64,000 nt of DNA from Candidatus Krumholzibacteriia bacterium (GCA_041484665.1 JBGPIA010000022.1:1-64000); one strand, 5' to 3'; shown: positions 21,418 to 31,800, counted from the stretch's first letter. Translations and numbers: made by a program. Notes: a model not told the origin generated them from the sequence alone.

Positions 21418-22135
21418 GCGCAGCGAGCACGCTCGCAGTATCGGCGAGGTCCGTCAGAACCACGTCGGCTCCGCTGGCGCGCAGCTCGGTGAGCGGAGTG
21501 AATCCGCTGCCGACCGCCAGCGCGCGCGTGCCGGCCGCGCGTGCAGCCGCGACGTCGTTGCGCGTGTCACCGATCACCCAAGCCGCGTCCGGCGCTCCAT
21601 CGATGCCGTAGTGGTGGCGCGCCTGGTGCAACGCAGCGCGGATGACGTCGGCGCGCTGCTCGTGATCCCCGCCGAATCCCCCGACGGGGAAGTGCGGCTC
21701 CAGCCCGAAGCGGCGCAGTTTGATATAGGCTGTCTCGCGGATATTGCCGGTCCCCAGCGCCAACGCTACGTCCGCGCGCCGGGTGAGCGTCTGCACCAGG
21801 GTGAGGACCCCGGGTAGCAGGTAAGGCCCCTCCGCGGTCGGGTAGACCTCCGCCAGGATGTCGGCGAAACGCCGCGCGAAGCGTGTGAAGAGCGCGTCGA
21901 ACGCCGAGCCGGCCCCGCCCGCGCCGTCGCCATCGGGGTCCTGCCCCGCACGGCGCAGCAGCGCGCGGAAGATGCCGCGGTCCGTCATCCCGGCGAACGG
22001 TAGTGCGTCCGGTTGCGCCGGCACGCCGCAGACGTCCTGGAAGGCGGCCGCGAACGCGTCGCGCGTCACGCGCCCGTTGAGCAGCAGCGTGCCGTCGACG
22101 TCGAAGATGAGCAGATGACGTCCAGCGTCGGGCAT
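21404..22135 (-). CDS. HAD-superfamily hydrolase (phosphoglycolate phosphatase-like)
   Basis: Motif I FDVDGTL, motif II LGTGN, motif IV IGDTRND. The 3' end overlaps the convergent gene by 14 nt. Confidence 0.88.
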   Translation of the reverse strand: MPDAGRHLLIFDVDGTLLLNGRVTRDAFAAAFQDVCGVPAQPDALPFAGMTDRGIFRALLRRAGQDPDGDGAGGAGSAFDALFTRFARRFADILAEVYPTAEGPYLLPGVLTLVQTLTRRADVALALGTGNIRETAYIKLRRFGLEPHFPVGGFGGDHEQRADVIRAALHQARHHYGIDGAPDAAWVIGDTRNDVAAARAAGTRALAVGSGFTPLTELRASGADVVLTDLADTASVLAALRLA

Positions 22136-22191
22136 GGCCGGGTCTCGGCGGAGCCGTCGGGCTAAGGCGAGCAGCGCCAGTGCGGGCCCGC

Positions 22192-24345
22192 TCAGCGCCC
22201 GGCCGCCGCCGTTTCCTGCGGCTTGGTGTGGCGCCCGAACCAGCTCACGAGGTACAGCTGCGTGCGCATGAAGTTCGAGGGCTTTGAGCCCGTTCCGTGG
22301 TATTCGCCGTTGAAACGCAGCATGACGGTCTCCACGCCGACCGCCTTGAGCGCCTGATAGTACTCCTCGGTCTGGCCCATCGGCGTGCGCAGGTCCAGCT
22401 CGCCGGTCATGAGCAGCGTGGGGGTCTTCACCGTCGCCACGTGCATGACGGGAGAGTGCTGCAGCCACTTCGCCGGATCTTCCCAGAACGGCTTGCGGTA
22501 GCGCGTGTAGCCCCAGCTGGTGATGTCCGTGGTGCCGGCGAAGCTGATCCAGTCGGTCACCGGGGACCGTACGGCCGCCGCCGCGAAGCGGTTGGTGTGG
22601 GAGGTCAGCCAGGCCGACAGCACGCCACCCCCGCTGACGCCGGTTACGTACATTCGCCGGACATCCACGCAGCCCCTGGCGACCGTGGCGTCGACGGCCG
22701 CCATCAGGTCGTCGTAGTCGACGCCCGGATAGGAGTCGTCGATGGCGTTGCCAAAGGCGGTGCCGTAGCCGGTGCTGCCACGCGGGTTGGTGTAGAGGAC
22801 CAGGTAGCCGTTTGCCGCGAGATTCCGGAACGCGTAGTTGAACGCCGCGCTGTACATGGCGTGCGGACCGCCATGGATGTGCAGGATGAGCGGATACTTC
22901 TTCGCGGGGTCGAAGCCCGGCGGCTCCACCAGCCAGCCCTGCACCTTCGTGCCGTCGGGCGAGGTGGCCCAGATCTCCTCGAACGCGCCCAGTGTGATCG
23001 CCTGGAGCACATCCGCGTTGACGCGAGTGAGCTGGACGATCTCCTTGGCGGCGGGCAGGGAGTAGCGCACGACGTCGCCGGGCTCGCCCGGAGAGGACCG
23101 CACGCCGACCGCCACGCCCTTGGGGCTGACCGAGCTCAGGCCGAGCATCTGCACGCCTGCGGTCAGCTGGCGGGCGCCCCCCTTGATCGCTGCGAACCAC
23201 ACGTTGCTGCTGCCGCGGTCGTCGGCGGTGAAGTAGACGCCGCTGTCGTCCTGCGCCCAGCGCAGATTGTCGGGATCGCGGTCGAGGTCGCCGCTGAGCT
23301 TGCGCATGCCGCTGCCGTCACGGCCGATCACGTAGAGCTCGGCGGCCCGGTAGGTCTGCGGGCTCCACTCGTAGCCGGTGAAGGCGATGGTGCGGCCATC
23401 GTGGGAGACGGCGGGAGCCGTCCAGGGACCCTTGACCGTGGTGATCTGCCGCACGGCGCGCGTGGCGACGTCCACGCTGTAGATGTGCGACTCCATGTAG
23501 CGCCGGTCGGCATCCTTCTCCTTCAGCCCGTCGAAGACGAGCTCGCGGCCATCGGGGGTCCACTCCACGCCAACAGCCTCGGGAATGCCCACCGTACGGC
23601 CGCCCACGTTCCAGTCGCCCTCGGTGAGTTGGCGCGGCGTGCCACTGTCGGCGTCCACGACGTAGATGTGGGTGTAGGCCTCCTTCAGGAATCCCTCGCG
23701 GTCCGCGCGATAGGCCGTGCTCTCGATCAGGCGCGGGCCCTCGGTCCATTTGGCGCCCTCGGGCGCGGCCGGCAGGTCGATCTTCCACTCCGTCTTCTTG
23801 GCCGTGAGCATCGTGAACGCGATGCTGCGTCCGTCGGGCGACCAGCGGAGGTTGGCCGGCGCCTCGTTCACGCGGGTTAGCTGCGATGCAGCTCCGCTGC
23901 CGTCCATCCAGCGCGCGAAGATCTGCGTGTGGTCGTCGCCATCGGAAGCAAGGTAGGCGATGCGCGTCCCGTCGGGCGACCAGCGCGCCTGCGAGCCCTC
24001 CACCAAGAAGCGGTTGCGCGACCCATCGGCGCCCATGATCCACAGGGCGGAGGCCCAGCGGTCCTTCAGCTGGTCGACCCATTGGCGCGTGTAGACCACC
24101 TGCGTGCCATCGGGCGAGATCTGCGGATCGGCCACCCGCTCCCAATCGAGGTAGTGGCTGGCGGTGAGCAGGCTGTCCGAGGGCGTCTCCTGCGCGAGCG
24201 CGAGACCCGCCCCCAGGGGGGCAAGCGCGGCGGCGAACGCGGTTGCGAGCGCCATGGCAAGCGCGATGGCAAGCGCGGTTGCGAGCGCGGCGGTGCGCGT
24301 CAGGCGCAAGCCGACCCGACGGGTGTGGTGGTCGAGGCAGGACAT
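22192..24345 (-). CDS. Secreted S9 family peptidase (acylaminoacyl-peptidase-like)
   Basis: GGAGG before ATG 24345, PD40-type WSPDG repeats, IHGGPH, NPRGSTGYG, GVSGGG, ELDLRTP, EYHG. Confidence 0.9.
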   Translation of the reverse strand: MSCLDHHTRRVGLRLTRTAALATALAIALAMALATAFAAALAPLGAGLALAQETPSDSLLTASHYLDWERVADPQISPDGTQVVYTRQWVDQLKDRWASALWIMGADGSRNRFLVEGSQARWSPDGTRIAYLASDGDDHTQIFARWMDGSGAASQLTRVNEAPANLRWSPDGRSIAFTMLTAKKTEWKIDLPAAPEGAKWTEGPRLIESTAYRADREGFLKEAYTHIYVVDADSGTPRQLTEGDWNVGGRTVGIPEAVGVEWTPDGRELVFDGLKEKDADRRYMESHIYSVDVATRAVRQITTVKGPWTAPAVSHDGRTIAFTGYEWSPQTYRAAELYVIGRDGSGMRKLSGDLDRDPDNLRWAQDDSGVYFTADDRGSSNVWFAAIKGGARQLTAGVQMLGLSSVSPKGVAVGVRSSPGEPGDVVRYSLPAAKEIVQLTRVNADVLQAITLGAFEEIWATSPDGTKVQGWLVEPPGFDPAKKYPLILHIHGGPHAMYSAAFNYAFRNLAANGYLVLYTNPRGSTGYGTAFGNAIDDSYPGVDYDDLMAAVDATVARGCVDVRRMYVTGVSGGGVLSAWLTSHTNRFAAAAVRSPVTDWISFAGTTDITSWGYTRYRKPFWEDPAKWLQHSPVMHVATVKTPTLLMTGELDLRTPMGQTEEYYQALKAVGVETVMLRFNGEYHGTGSKPSNFMRTQLYLVSWFGRHTKPQETAAAGR

Positions 24346-24513
24346 GGCTCCTCCAGGGCTGAGCGCGCCTTGGGAATCGAAGTGCCGGGCGGGACCGCAG
24401 CAGGGTACCACCAACGGGAGCCCTTGCTCCACCGGCGTGCGCTGGCGCCACCGCAGCGGACCGGACCGTCCCAGCGGCGGGGGCGCCACCATCGCGACCC
24501 CGCGCGCGGCCGA

Positions 24514-24593
24514 GCCATGGCGCCGCGGCTGCGCGCGTGCCCCCGGCCGCGCCATGGCGCCGCGGCTGCGCGCGGGGCCCCGGCCGCGCCATG
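24514..24593 (+). repeat. 37-bp tandem repeat (2 copies plus a partial) between the divergent S9 and CHAT genes
   Basis: GCCATGGCGCCGCGGCTGCGCGCG(TGC/GGG)CCCCGGCCGC at 24514 and 24551, then GCCATG at 24588. Confidence 0.8.
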
Positions 24594-24667
24594 ACATCGA
24601 CGCCTGCCTTGCCCTAGACTGACCCGCGCCGGGCACACTTCCCTCAGGCCATCCAGGAGAGCCCTCG

Positions 24668-27631
24668 TTGCGCATTGCGTTGCGTCTGGTCCTCGGCGCC
24701 GCGGTCGTGTTGGCTGCGGTTCCCGTTGGCTGCCCCTTCGCGCAGACGCCGGCTGGCGAGCGGCCACCTGAGGAGCGCTCCTCGCTGGAGGAGCGGCTGC
24801 AGGCCCTGCGCGAGCACGGAAACTATGCGCAAGCCGTAGCGCTCGCAGAGCGCATCGCGACTCTGGTGCAGGCCGATCCCGCCGCGCGCCCCTACGAGCG
24901 CGCCGACGCGCGCGCCCGCGTGGAGGGCCTGCGGCGCATCGCCGCGCTTACGGCCGCCGCGCAACAGGAGCTTGCGCAGGCCGATCGCGCTACCGCGCAA
25001 CTGGATGCGGGCTTCGCGGCGGGGAACTACGCCGACGTGAGCGACGGAGCGCGGCGTCAGCTGGAGACGCGCCGCCGCCATCTGGGGGAGGCCCACCCCG
25101 ACCTCGCTCAGAGCCTGGGATACCTCGGGGTGGCGCTGCAGAGCGCGGGCGACCACGCCGGCGCCGACCAATGCTACCGCGACCTGCTCGTCGTGCTCCA
25201 CGCGCTCCACGGTGACGAGCATCCTGACGTCGCCACGACCCTGAACAACCTGGCCTCGCTCGCACAGGAGCGGGGCGACTGGCTCACGGCCGAGGCGCTG
25301 TATCGCACGGCGCTCGCCATGCGCCGCAGCCTGCTGGGCCCCGGCAATCCGGAGGTGGCCGGGAGCCTCAACAACCTCGCCACGCTGCTGCAACAGCAGG
25401 GAGACTTTGCCGAGGCGGAGCCGCTGCTGCGCGAGGCGCTGGGCATCGCGCGCCAGGTGGACGGCGAGGGGAGCATGGCCGCAGCGCTGGCGCTCTCCAA
25501 CCTGGCCGATGTGCTGCAGTCCCGCGCCGAGCTGGAGAGCGACCGCAGTACGGCGCTGTTGACCGAGGCGGAGCAGAGCTGCCGGCGGTCGCTGGAGCTG
25601 CACCGGCAGCTCCTGGGAAAGGCGCATCCCGACGTCGCCGCGGCGCAGTTCGATCTGGCCGGCGTGCTTGTCGCGCAAGGCAAGCTGGACGGCGCGGAGC
25701 CGCTGCTGCGCGAGGCGCTGGCCGCGCGCCGCAAGCTGCTGGGGGCCGGGCATCCGGACGTGGCGCGGACGCTAGCGGCGCTCGGCGCGCTGGAGCGGCG
25801 CCGCGGCCAGGTGCCCGCGGCGATCGACCTGATCACGCAGGCGCTGGCGCTGGACCGCGCAGCGTACGGCAATCAGCACTGGCGCGTGGTGGAGGACCTC
25901 ACGGCGCTGGGGGCACTGCACCTGCAACGCGGTGAGCCGGCGCTCGCCCGGCCGCTGCTGACCCAGGCGTGCGACGCCTACGAGGCCGCACGCCTGCGCG
26001 TGGGCAGTGGGAGCAAGCAGGCGACCGCGCGCATCGTCTCGCCCTACGCTCTGCTGGCGTCCACGCAGCTCGCCCTCGGCGAGCACGAGGCGGCTTGGGC
26101 CTCAGTCGAGAAGGGCCAGGGACGCCTGCTGAGCCAGCTGCTGCAGGTGGCGGGGGCGCGCTCGCTCACGGCGACGGAGGCGGCGCGCGAGGACTCGCTG
26201 CAGCACCTCCTCACGCAGCTCGAGAGCCAGGTCGCGGCGCTGCAGCACGGGGCGCAGCCCGCAGAGGGAGCGCCGGGCACGCCCGGCATCGCGCAGGATG
26301 CGCGGTTGGAGCGCGTGCGCCAACAGCTCCTGGAGGCCGAGGCGGCTTGGAGCGCGCTGCAGCTCTCGATCGCCGGCCACACCCAAGGTGGCACGACGGG
26401 CGCCGCAGCGCTGGCCCGCGTGCAGGCGGCCCTGCGGGACGGCGAGGCGCTGCTGGGGTGGCTCGAGCTGGACGCCAGCGCACTCTCCGTGGGGACCCAG
26501 CCCGCGGCCTGGGGATACGTCGTTCGCCACCAGGGTGGCGTCCGATGGGTGCGACTGGAGGCGGCGACAGCGGGCGCCGCCTCGGCCGCGCTGCGCGGCG
26601 AGCTGAGCGCTGGCGGTGCCGCCGCGCTGGGCGTGACGTTGACGGCTCGCCTGCTGCAGCTTGCCGGCGTGCTCTACCAGCAGTGCGTGGAGCCATTGCT
26701 GCTCGCCGCGCAGGACCAGGGTTCACTGCACGAGCTGGTGGTCATTCCGTCGGGAGTGATGCTGGGAGTCCCCGTTGAGGCGCTGGTGGAGAGCGAGGGG
26801 AGCTTCCTCGTCGACCGCTTCGCCGTGAGCTACGTTCCCTCTGCCGCCGTGCTTACGCTGCAGCGGGAGCGGCACGCGCAGCAAGCGCTGCGCCGGGACA
26901 CTACCGCCGCGGTTGCGAGCGGCGGCCGTCGTGCACTGATCGTCGGCGATCCCGTGGGTGGGGATGTCCAGCGCCTCGACTGGAGCGCGCGCGAGGCCGC
27001 CGGGGTGGAGCGCTCGCTGGGCGCGGCGACCCGGCTGGAGGGGCGCGACGCGAGCGAGTCCCGGCTCGCCGGGTTGGCGGCGAGCGGCGAGCTGGCCCGC
27101 TACGACGTCCTCCACTTCGCGACTCACGCCGTGGTCGATGACGCCAGCCCGGAGCGCTCGGCACTCCTTTTGTCGCAGGTGGATCTCTCCGACCCCTACC
27201 AGGCGATCGTGGCGCGGCGCCCCTACTACGACGGCCGGCTGACCGCCCGGGAGATCGTGCAAACCTGGAAGCTCGACACCGACCTGGTCGCCCTCAGTGC
27301 GTGCGAGACCGGGCTCGGAAGGCGCACGAGCGGCGAGGGATACCTCGGTCTCGCGCACGCGCTCTTCCAGGTGGGCGCACGCAGTCTGCTGGTGAGCCTG
27401 TGGAAGGTGGACGACGAGGCGACCGCCAGCCTGATGCAGCGCTTCTACGCTGCATGGCGCGGTGGTGGCGCCCGCCGCGCGCCCACCGGGAAGGTAGCCG
27501 CGACCGCGAAGGTCGAGGCCTTGCGCCAGGCCAAACGCGCGCTGCGCGACTTCCGCGACGCATCCGGCGCCCAGCCGTTCGCGCATCCCTACTACTGGGC
27601 TGGCTTCGTGCTGATCGGTGAGGGGGACTAG
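24668..27631 (+). CDS. TPR-repeat CHAT (caspase-like) protease with predicted signal peptide
   Basis: TTG start after AGGAGA and hydrophobic N-terminus. Multiple HPDVA..LNNLA TPR repeats, catalytic HFATHA and LSACETG, SLWKVDD, HPYYWAGFVLIG. Confidence 0.92.
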   Translation: MRIALRLVLGAAVVLAAVPVGCPFAQTPAGERPPEERSSLEERLQALREHGNYAQAVALAERIATLVQADPAARPYERADARARVEGLRRIAALTAAAQQELAQADRATAQLDAGFAAGNYADVSDGARRQLETRRRHLGEAHPDLAQSLGYLGVALQSAGDHAGADQCYRDLLVVLHALHGDEHPDVATTLNNLASLAQERGDWLTAEALYRTALAMRRSLLGPGNPEVAGSLNNLATLLQQQGDFAEAEPLLREALGIARQVDGEGSMAAALALSNLADVLQSRAELESDRSTALLTEAEQSCRRSLELHRQLLGKAHPDVAAAQFDLAGVLVAQGKLDGAEPLLREALAARRKLLGAGHPDVARTLAALGALERRRGQVPAAIDLITQALALDRAAYGNQHWRVVEDLTALGALHLQRGEPALARPLLTQACDAYEAARLRVGSGSKQATARIVSPYALLASTQLALGEHEAAWASVEKGQGRLLSQLLQVAGARSLTATEAAREDSLQHLLTQLESQVAALQHGAQPAEGAPGTPGIAQDARLERVRQQLLEAEAAWSALQLSIAGHTQGGTTGAAALARVQAALRDGEALLGWLELDASALSVGTQPAAWGYVVRHQGGVRWVRLEAATAGAASAALRGELSAGGAAALGVTLTARLLQLAGVLYQQCVEPLLLAAQDQGSLHELVVIPSGVMLGVPVEALVESEGSFLVDRFAVSYVPSAAVLTLQRERHAQQALRRDTTAAVASGGRRALIVGDPVGGDVQRLDWSAREAAGVERSLGAATRLEGRDASESRLAGLAASGELARYDVLHFATHAVVDDASPERSALLLSQVDLSDPYQAIVARRPYYDGRLTAREIVQTWKLDTDLVALSACETGLGRRTSGEGYLGLAHALFQVGARSLLVSLWKVDDEATASLMQRFYAAWRGGGARRAPTGKVAATAKVEALRQAKRALRDFRDASGAQPFAHPYYWAGFVLIGEGD

Positions 27632-27645
27632 CCGGCGCGCTTGTT

Positions 27646-29607
27646 TCAGCGCGCCAGCGACACACAGACCGAGGCGACCTCGCCCGCGCTGACCGCCCGG
27701 ACCACGTACACGCCGCTGGCGACGGCGCTACCCGCGGCGTCCTGCCCTCTCCAGAGCACGCTGTGCGCCCCGGCCGGCAGCGTCGCGTCCAGCAGGGTCG
27801 CGATCCGCTGGCCGCGCAGGTTGTACACGCGCACGGTCACGCGCCCGGGCTCCGGTAGGGCGAAGGGGATCGTGCTCGACGGGTTGAATGGGTTGGGGTG
27901 CACCGGCCCGATCGTCAAGCGCCGCGGCCGCGCAGCGGGCGTGTCGAGGGTCTCCTCGGGGACGTGCACCCCGAACTGGCCCAGGATCTCCCCGAGCAGA
28001 TGTGCGCGCGCCGGCCGGCCATCGGAGGGAGGCGCTCCGGCCAGGTTGAGGATGGCGTGGAGATCGTACGGGAAGAACGCGGTCGCCTTGCGGTCGCCCG
28101 CCTCGAGCCGGTCCCACCACACGCTCGCCGGCTCGATGCCGGCCAGCGGCAGGTACTTGTGCGCTGCCACCGCGCCCGGCGCCGACGGGGACGGCACAAT
28201 GCGGTCGAAGTCGCGGGTGGGAATCCCTGCGCTGTTGACGACGAAGTTGGTCGTGAAGACGCCAGGTGCCAGTCCCGTGGGCGCCACCTGGGGAGCGCTC
28301 TGATTCAGGATGAATGGGCGCACGTTCACGCTGACGAAGCGGGTGCCCAGCACCGAGTCCAAGAACGCGCTGGTCGTCGCCCCCTGGGCGGCCATCGCCT
28401 CGGCCACGTTGTCGCCGAAGTAGGCCGAGAGCCGGGCGCCGCCATGCCGGTGCCACGCGGTCAGCACGCCCACGTCATGGCTCTTGTCGTTGCCCGAGAC
28501 GTTGGAGCCATCGCAGAGCACGAACTGACGCTGGTTGCCTGCGTCGTAGAGGATGCAGCTGTATCCGGCCAGCTGCTCGGACGAGGCGCCGTGGGCCCCC
28601 GTGGCGCCCAGGCCGTTGCTGAGCCCGGACCCCGGCCCCAGCGTCGTGTAGACGTCGAAGTCGCGTCCGCGCCAGAAGCCGTTCTGGAACAACGAAAGCT
28701 CGTAGAGCAGGTCACCGGGCGCGACGCCGCCGTCATTCCACAGCAGAAGGTCCGGCTGGACCACCGTCGTCTCCGCGACCGCCGCAACGCCCAGGTTCCC
28801 GCCGCCGGCTGCTATGGATACGCGCACCCAGATTCCCGGTAGCCCGTAGACGGTGAAGTAAACGTAGATGCCCGCGCCGTAGCGCGGGCAGACCGTGCTC
28901 GATTTGGGCAACACGGGCGGCCCGAATGTGTATCCCGTCGTGTCCGATGGCAGCGTTGTGACGTTGCCGTGATTGTCGTGGGCGCGGAGGTAGTAGTGCA
29001 GCGCGTCGCCTGGGAAGAAGAACGCTGCCTCCGCATCCTGGTGCACAGCGATGGGCGGCCCGTCGGGAAGGTCGAAGAAGAAACGGTTGGGCACCGGCAC
29101 ACCGCCCGGACCGCGCGCCGTATCGCCGAGGACGGTGCCCATCCAGAGTCCCGGCCCCACGGGGATCGACCCCGGGGGAAGGAAGCGCACGCCGTCGAAC
29201 GCAGGGTTGGCGCGCAAGAGCCAGCGCAGCTCGGGATTCCCCACGAGGAACGTCCCCGCCAGCGGTACCACGTCGGCCACCAGCGAGTCGCCGGGAACGA
29301 TGCTCGAATTACCCGGCGGGTTGATGTCCGCGGCCATGTCCAGCCGGATCGCCAAGTCCACCGGGTTGCTCGAGTAACGCCGCCGCCCGGAGCTGGGGAA
29401 GCCGTCATTGAACAGGTGGGACTCCAGCGCGCTGATGAGCGGCCCGCTGGCGGCCGAGCCGGCGGTGCCCGAGCTCTCCAGCAGCCGATCGGAGGCGGAC
29501 ACGTATTGTGCCGCCAGCACCAGCGCTGCCGTCCACAGCAGCGGCGCCGCTGCGCACCACGGACGGATCGGTGGAGTGCCGGGGCGCCGGCGTCTCGGAC
29601 CGAGCAT
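27646..29607 (-). CDS. Secreted protein with FlgD-Ig C-terminal domain, function unknown
   Basis: Hydrophobic N-terminal segment. C-terminus HPNPFNPSSTI...VYNLRGQRI...WRGQD...VASGVY. No catalytic motif recognised. Confidence 0.75.
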   Translation of the reverse strand: MLGPRRRRPGTPPIRPWCAAAPLLWTAALVLAAQYVSASDRLLESSGTAGSAASGPLISALESHLFNDGFPSSGRRRYSSNPVDLAIRLDMAADINPPGNSSIVPGDSLVADVVPLAGTFLVGNPELRWLLRANPAFDGVRFLPPGSIPVGPGLWMGTVLGDTARGPGGVPVPNRFFFDLPDGPPIAVHQDAEAAFFFPGDALHYYLRAHDNHGNVTTLPSDTTGYTFGPPVLPKSSTVCPRYGAGIYVYFTVYGLPGIWVRVSIAAGGGNLGVAAVAETTVVQPDLLLWNDGGVAPGDLLYELSLFQNGFWRGRDFDVYTTLGPGSGLSNGLGATGAHGASSEQLAGYSCILYDAGNQRQFVLCDGSNVSGNDKSHDVGVLTAWHRHGGARLSAYFGDNVAEAMAAQGATTSAFLDSVLGTRFVSVNVRPFILNQSAPQVAPTGLAPGVFTTNFVVNSAGIPTRDFDRIVPSPSAPGAVAAHKYLPLAGIEPASVWWDRLEAGDRKATAFFPYDLHAILNLAGAPPSDGRPARAHLLGEILGQFGVHVPEETLDTPAARPRRLTIGPVHPNPFNPSSTIPFALPEPGRVTVRVYNLRGQRIATLLDATLPAGAHSVLWRGQDAAGSAVASGVYVVRAVSAGEVASVCVSLAR

Positions 29608-29689
29608 GGGCGTGACCTCGCAATGGCGGGACCCAGCGCCATCATCGCATAGTTCGGGAACCGAAACGATCCCCACGACGCGGGGCGAT

Positions 29690-29775
29690 CGCGGCGCCCG
29701 CAGCGGCGCCCGCAGCGGTGCCTGCGGTGGCGCCTGCGGCGCCTGCGGCGACTGCGGCGGCAGCAGCAGCGGCGC
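29690..29775 (+). repeat. Low-complexity 9-12 bp GC-rich tandem repeats in the divergent promoter region
   Basis: GCGGCGCCCGCA twice, followed by several GCGCCTGCG-type units. Confidence 0.55.
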
Positions 29776-29922
29776 GTGCAGCGCTAGCGGCTCCGGCGGC
29801 AACCGCCTGATCAGGAAGCGGGGCTGTCCCCGTCCGCGCCCCTCAGCATGAGCGCGCCGGGCAGATGGCCCAACGACCGCGCACGGAGCGGAGATGGGGC
29901 GCTTGGAGCTCCTCGGGGAGGC

Positions 29923-29931
29923 TGTTATGCT
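29923..29931 (+). promoter_or_regulatory. Extended -10 sigma70 promoter of the ECF sigma gene
   Basis: TG-T-TATGCT, followed by GGAGG (29940) and ATG 29952. Confidence 0.55.
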
Positions 29932-29951
29932 GCCGCGCTGGAGGCGTTTGG

Positions 29952-30488
29952 ATGTCGCAAGCCACCGAACCTGGCCGGGCTCCGCTGATCGAAGCGGCCC
30001 GCCGCGGGGAGCGCTGGGCGCAGGACGAGGTCGTCCACATGCTCCAGGGCTTCGCCCGCCACGTCCTGCGCTGGGGCGGCTCGGGTCTGGCGTCGGAGCT
30101 GGACTCCGAGGACCTCGCGCAGGAGGCGAGTCGCCGCTTCTTCGGCTCGGCCATGGACACCTACCGGGGCCAGGGCAGCGAGCGCAGCTTCCTGTATTCC
30201 ATCGTCAAGGCGACCTACCTCCAGATCTGGCGCAGCTACGACCGTCGCAAGCGCCGCGAGCAGATCTCCGCCCCACAGGACGTGGCCGTGGAGGCCAATC
30301 CCACCGCGCGGCTGGACGTTCTGTTGATCTTCCGGCGTCTCGGCTCTCCCTGCAGGGAGCTGCTGGAGCGCCTCTACCTCGATGGCGCGACGCACGGCGA
30401 GCTGGCGGCGGAGCTGGACCTGGAGGAGTCCTCCGTGCGTGCCAAGGTCAGCCGCTGCTTGAGGAGGGCCCGTGAAGTTGCCGCGTGA
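29952..30488 (+). CDS. ECF sigma-70 family RNA polymerase sigma factor
   Basis: Region 2 SEDLAQEA..YRGQGSERSFLYSI. Region 4 CRELLERLYLDGATHGELAAELDLEESSVRAKVSRCL. Confidence 0.88.
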   Translation: MSQATEPGRAPLIEAARRGERWAQDEVVHMLQGFARHVLRWGGSGLASELDSEDLAQEASRRFFGSAMDTYRGQGSERSFLYSIVKATYLQIWRSYDRRKRREQISAPQDVAVEANPTARLDVLLIFRRLGSPCRELLERLYLDGATHGELAAELDLEESSVRAKVSRCLRRAREVAA

Positions 30489-31596
30489 TCCCCGTCCCGA
30501 CGACGCCAGCGGCTCCACCGGCGGCCCGGCTGGTGGCTCGGCGGGCGGCCCGGCCAGCGGCTCCACCGGCGGCCCGGCTGGCGATGACCACGTCGCTGAC
30601 CTGGCCGCGGACTACGTGGAGCAACGCCTGGACGCAGCTGCCGCCGAGCGTGTCCGCGCCCACCTGTCCCGGTGCGGCGACTGTCGCACGCAGCTGGAGT
30701 TCGCCGCATCCCTGCGTGAACAGGCACACGACCTGGGCCTGCGCCACGTCGCGGCCGACCGCCTGGTTGCGCTGGCCGACGAGCCCGGGTTCGCTCTCGC
30801 CGGTACCGAGCAACGCCATCTGGAGGGTTGCACGTTCTGCCAGGAGCAGCTGCGCTGGGCGCGTGACGTCCCCATGCCCGAGACGGTCGCCGCCGAGCGC
30901 GCCGGCGAGCGGCTTGCCGAACGCCCGGCCGAGCGAGCCCCCCATGGCCCGCGGGCGCGGGAACAGGCCGTGCGCCGGGCCGCCGCGGGAACGCCGTTGC
31001 ATAGCGCGCGCCGCCGCTCGGTCGCCGACCGCTGGAAGGCGCGCCCCAGCCGTGCACGGCGAGCCGGGGGCGGCCCCGCGCTCTCGTTGCGCTGGCTGGC
31101 GCTGGCGGCGGCGGCGGCGGCGGTGCTGCTGGTGATGTATCCGCGACTGGAGCAGGATGTGCGCGATCTCCCCTCGCTCGCGCACATCGAGCCTCTGCCC
31201 GTGCGCGCCCAGCGCTCCGCGGGCGATCCCGAGAGCTTCGACGGTTGCCTCGCGCGTGGTCTGTCTGCCTATCAAACCGGCAACTACGCCAGCGCCGTCG
31301 AGGCTCTCGGGCGTGCGGTGGAGCTCAATGCGCATGACGCCACCGCGTACCTCTACCTGGGCAGCGCCCAACTGCAGCTCCACCGCATCGATGACGGCAG
31401 CGAAAGTCTGCAGCATGCGGTCGATCTGAGCGACACGCCGACCGTCGATGACGCCGCTCTCTGGCTGCTGGTCAACGGTTGCTTCGCCGCGGACAACCTC
31501 ACCTGCGCACTGCAGCGCCTCAACCAGGTGATCGAGGTCGGAGGTGCGCACCACGCCCAGGCCGCGCACATCCTGGAGCGGCTGAAGAAACTCTAA
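30472..31596 (+). CDS. Anti-sigma factor with two zf-HC2 (ZAS) motifs, one TM helix and a C-terminal TPR domain
   Basis: HLSRCGDC and HLEGCTFC (HxxxCxxC), TM segment WLALAAAAAAVLLVMY, TPR-like helices. Overlaps the ECF gene and follows GAGGAGG. Confidence 0.85.
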   Translation: MKLPRDPRPDDASGSTGGPAGGSAGGPASGSTGGPAGDDHVADLAADYVEQRLDAAAAERVRAHLSRCGDCRTQLEFAASLREQAHDLGLRHVAADRLVALADEPGFALAGTEQRHLEGCTFCQEQLRWARDVPMPETVAAERAGERLAERPAERAPHGPRAREQAVRRAAAGTPLHSARRRSVADRWKARPSRARRAGGGPALSLRWLALAAAAAAVLLVMYPRLEQDVRDLPSLAHIEPLPVRAQRSAGDPESFDGCLARGLSAYQTGNYASAVEALGRAVELNAHDATAYLYLGSAQLQLHRIDDGSESLQHAVDLSDTPTVDDAALWLLVNGCFAADNLTCALQRLNQVIEVGGAHHAQAAHILERLKKL

Positions 31597-31800
31597 GCGG
31601 CCCGCCCTTTCCCAGCCCACTTCCAGCAGCCGATCGGCTGCAGCGCTTCGTCTCCCGGCGGCAACTGCTTGGATGGAAGGGCGGCCCGGCGCCGCACGCG
31701 GCGAGCCGCTCGTCCGGTCATCAGCAAGATGTGTTGTGTCTGCGGTCGAGGCGGGCGCGGCGTTCCGGGGAGGAGCGTCCCGGGGCTGCCCGTAACCGCC

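Noticed and set aside
24514..24593. 37-bp repeats beside a TPR-CHAT gene as a possible CRISPR array (type III-E association)
   Set aside because: The repeats are directly tandem without spacers, there are only two full copies, and no cas genes are in the window.
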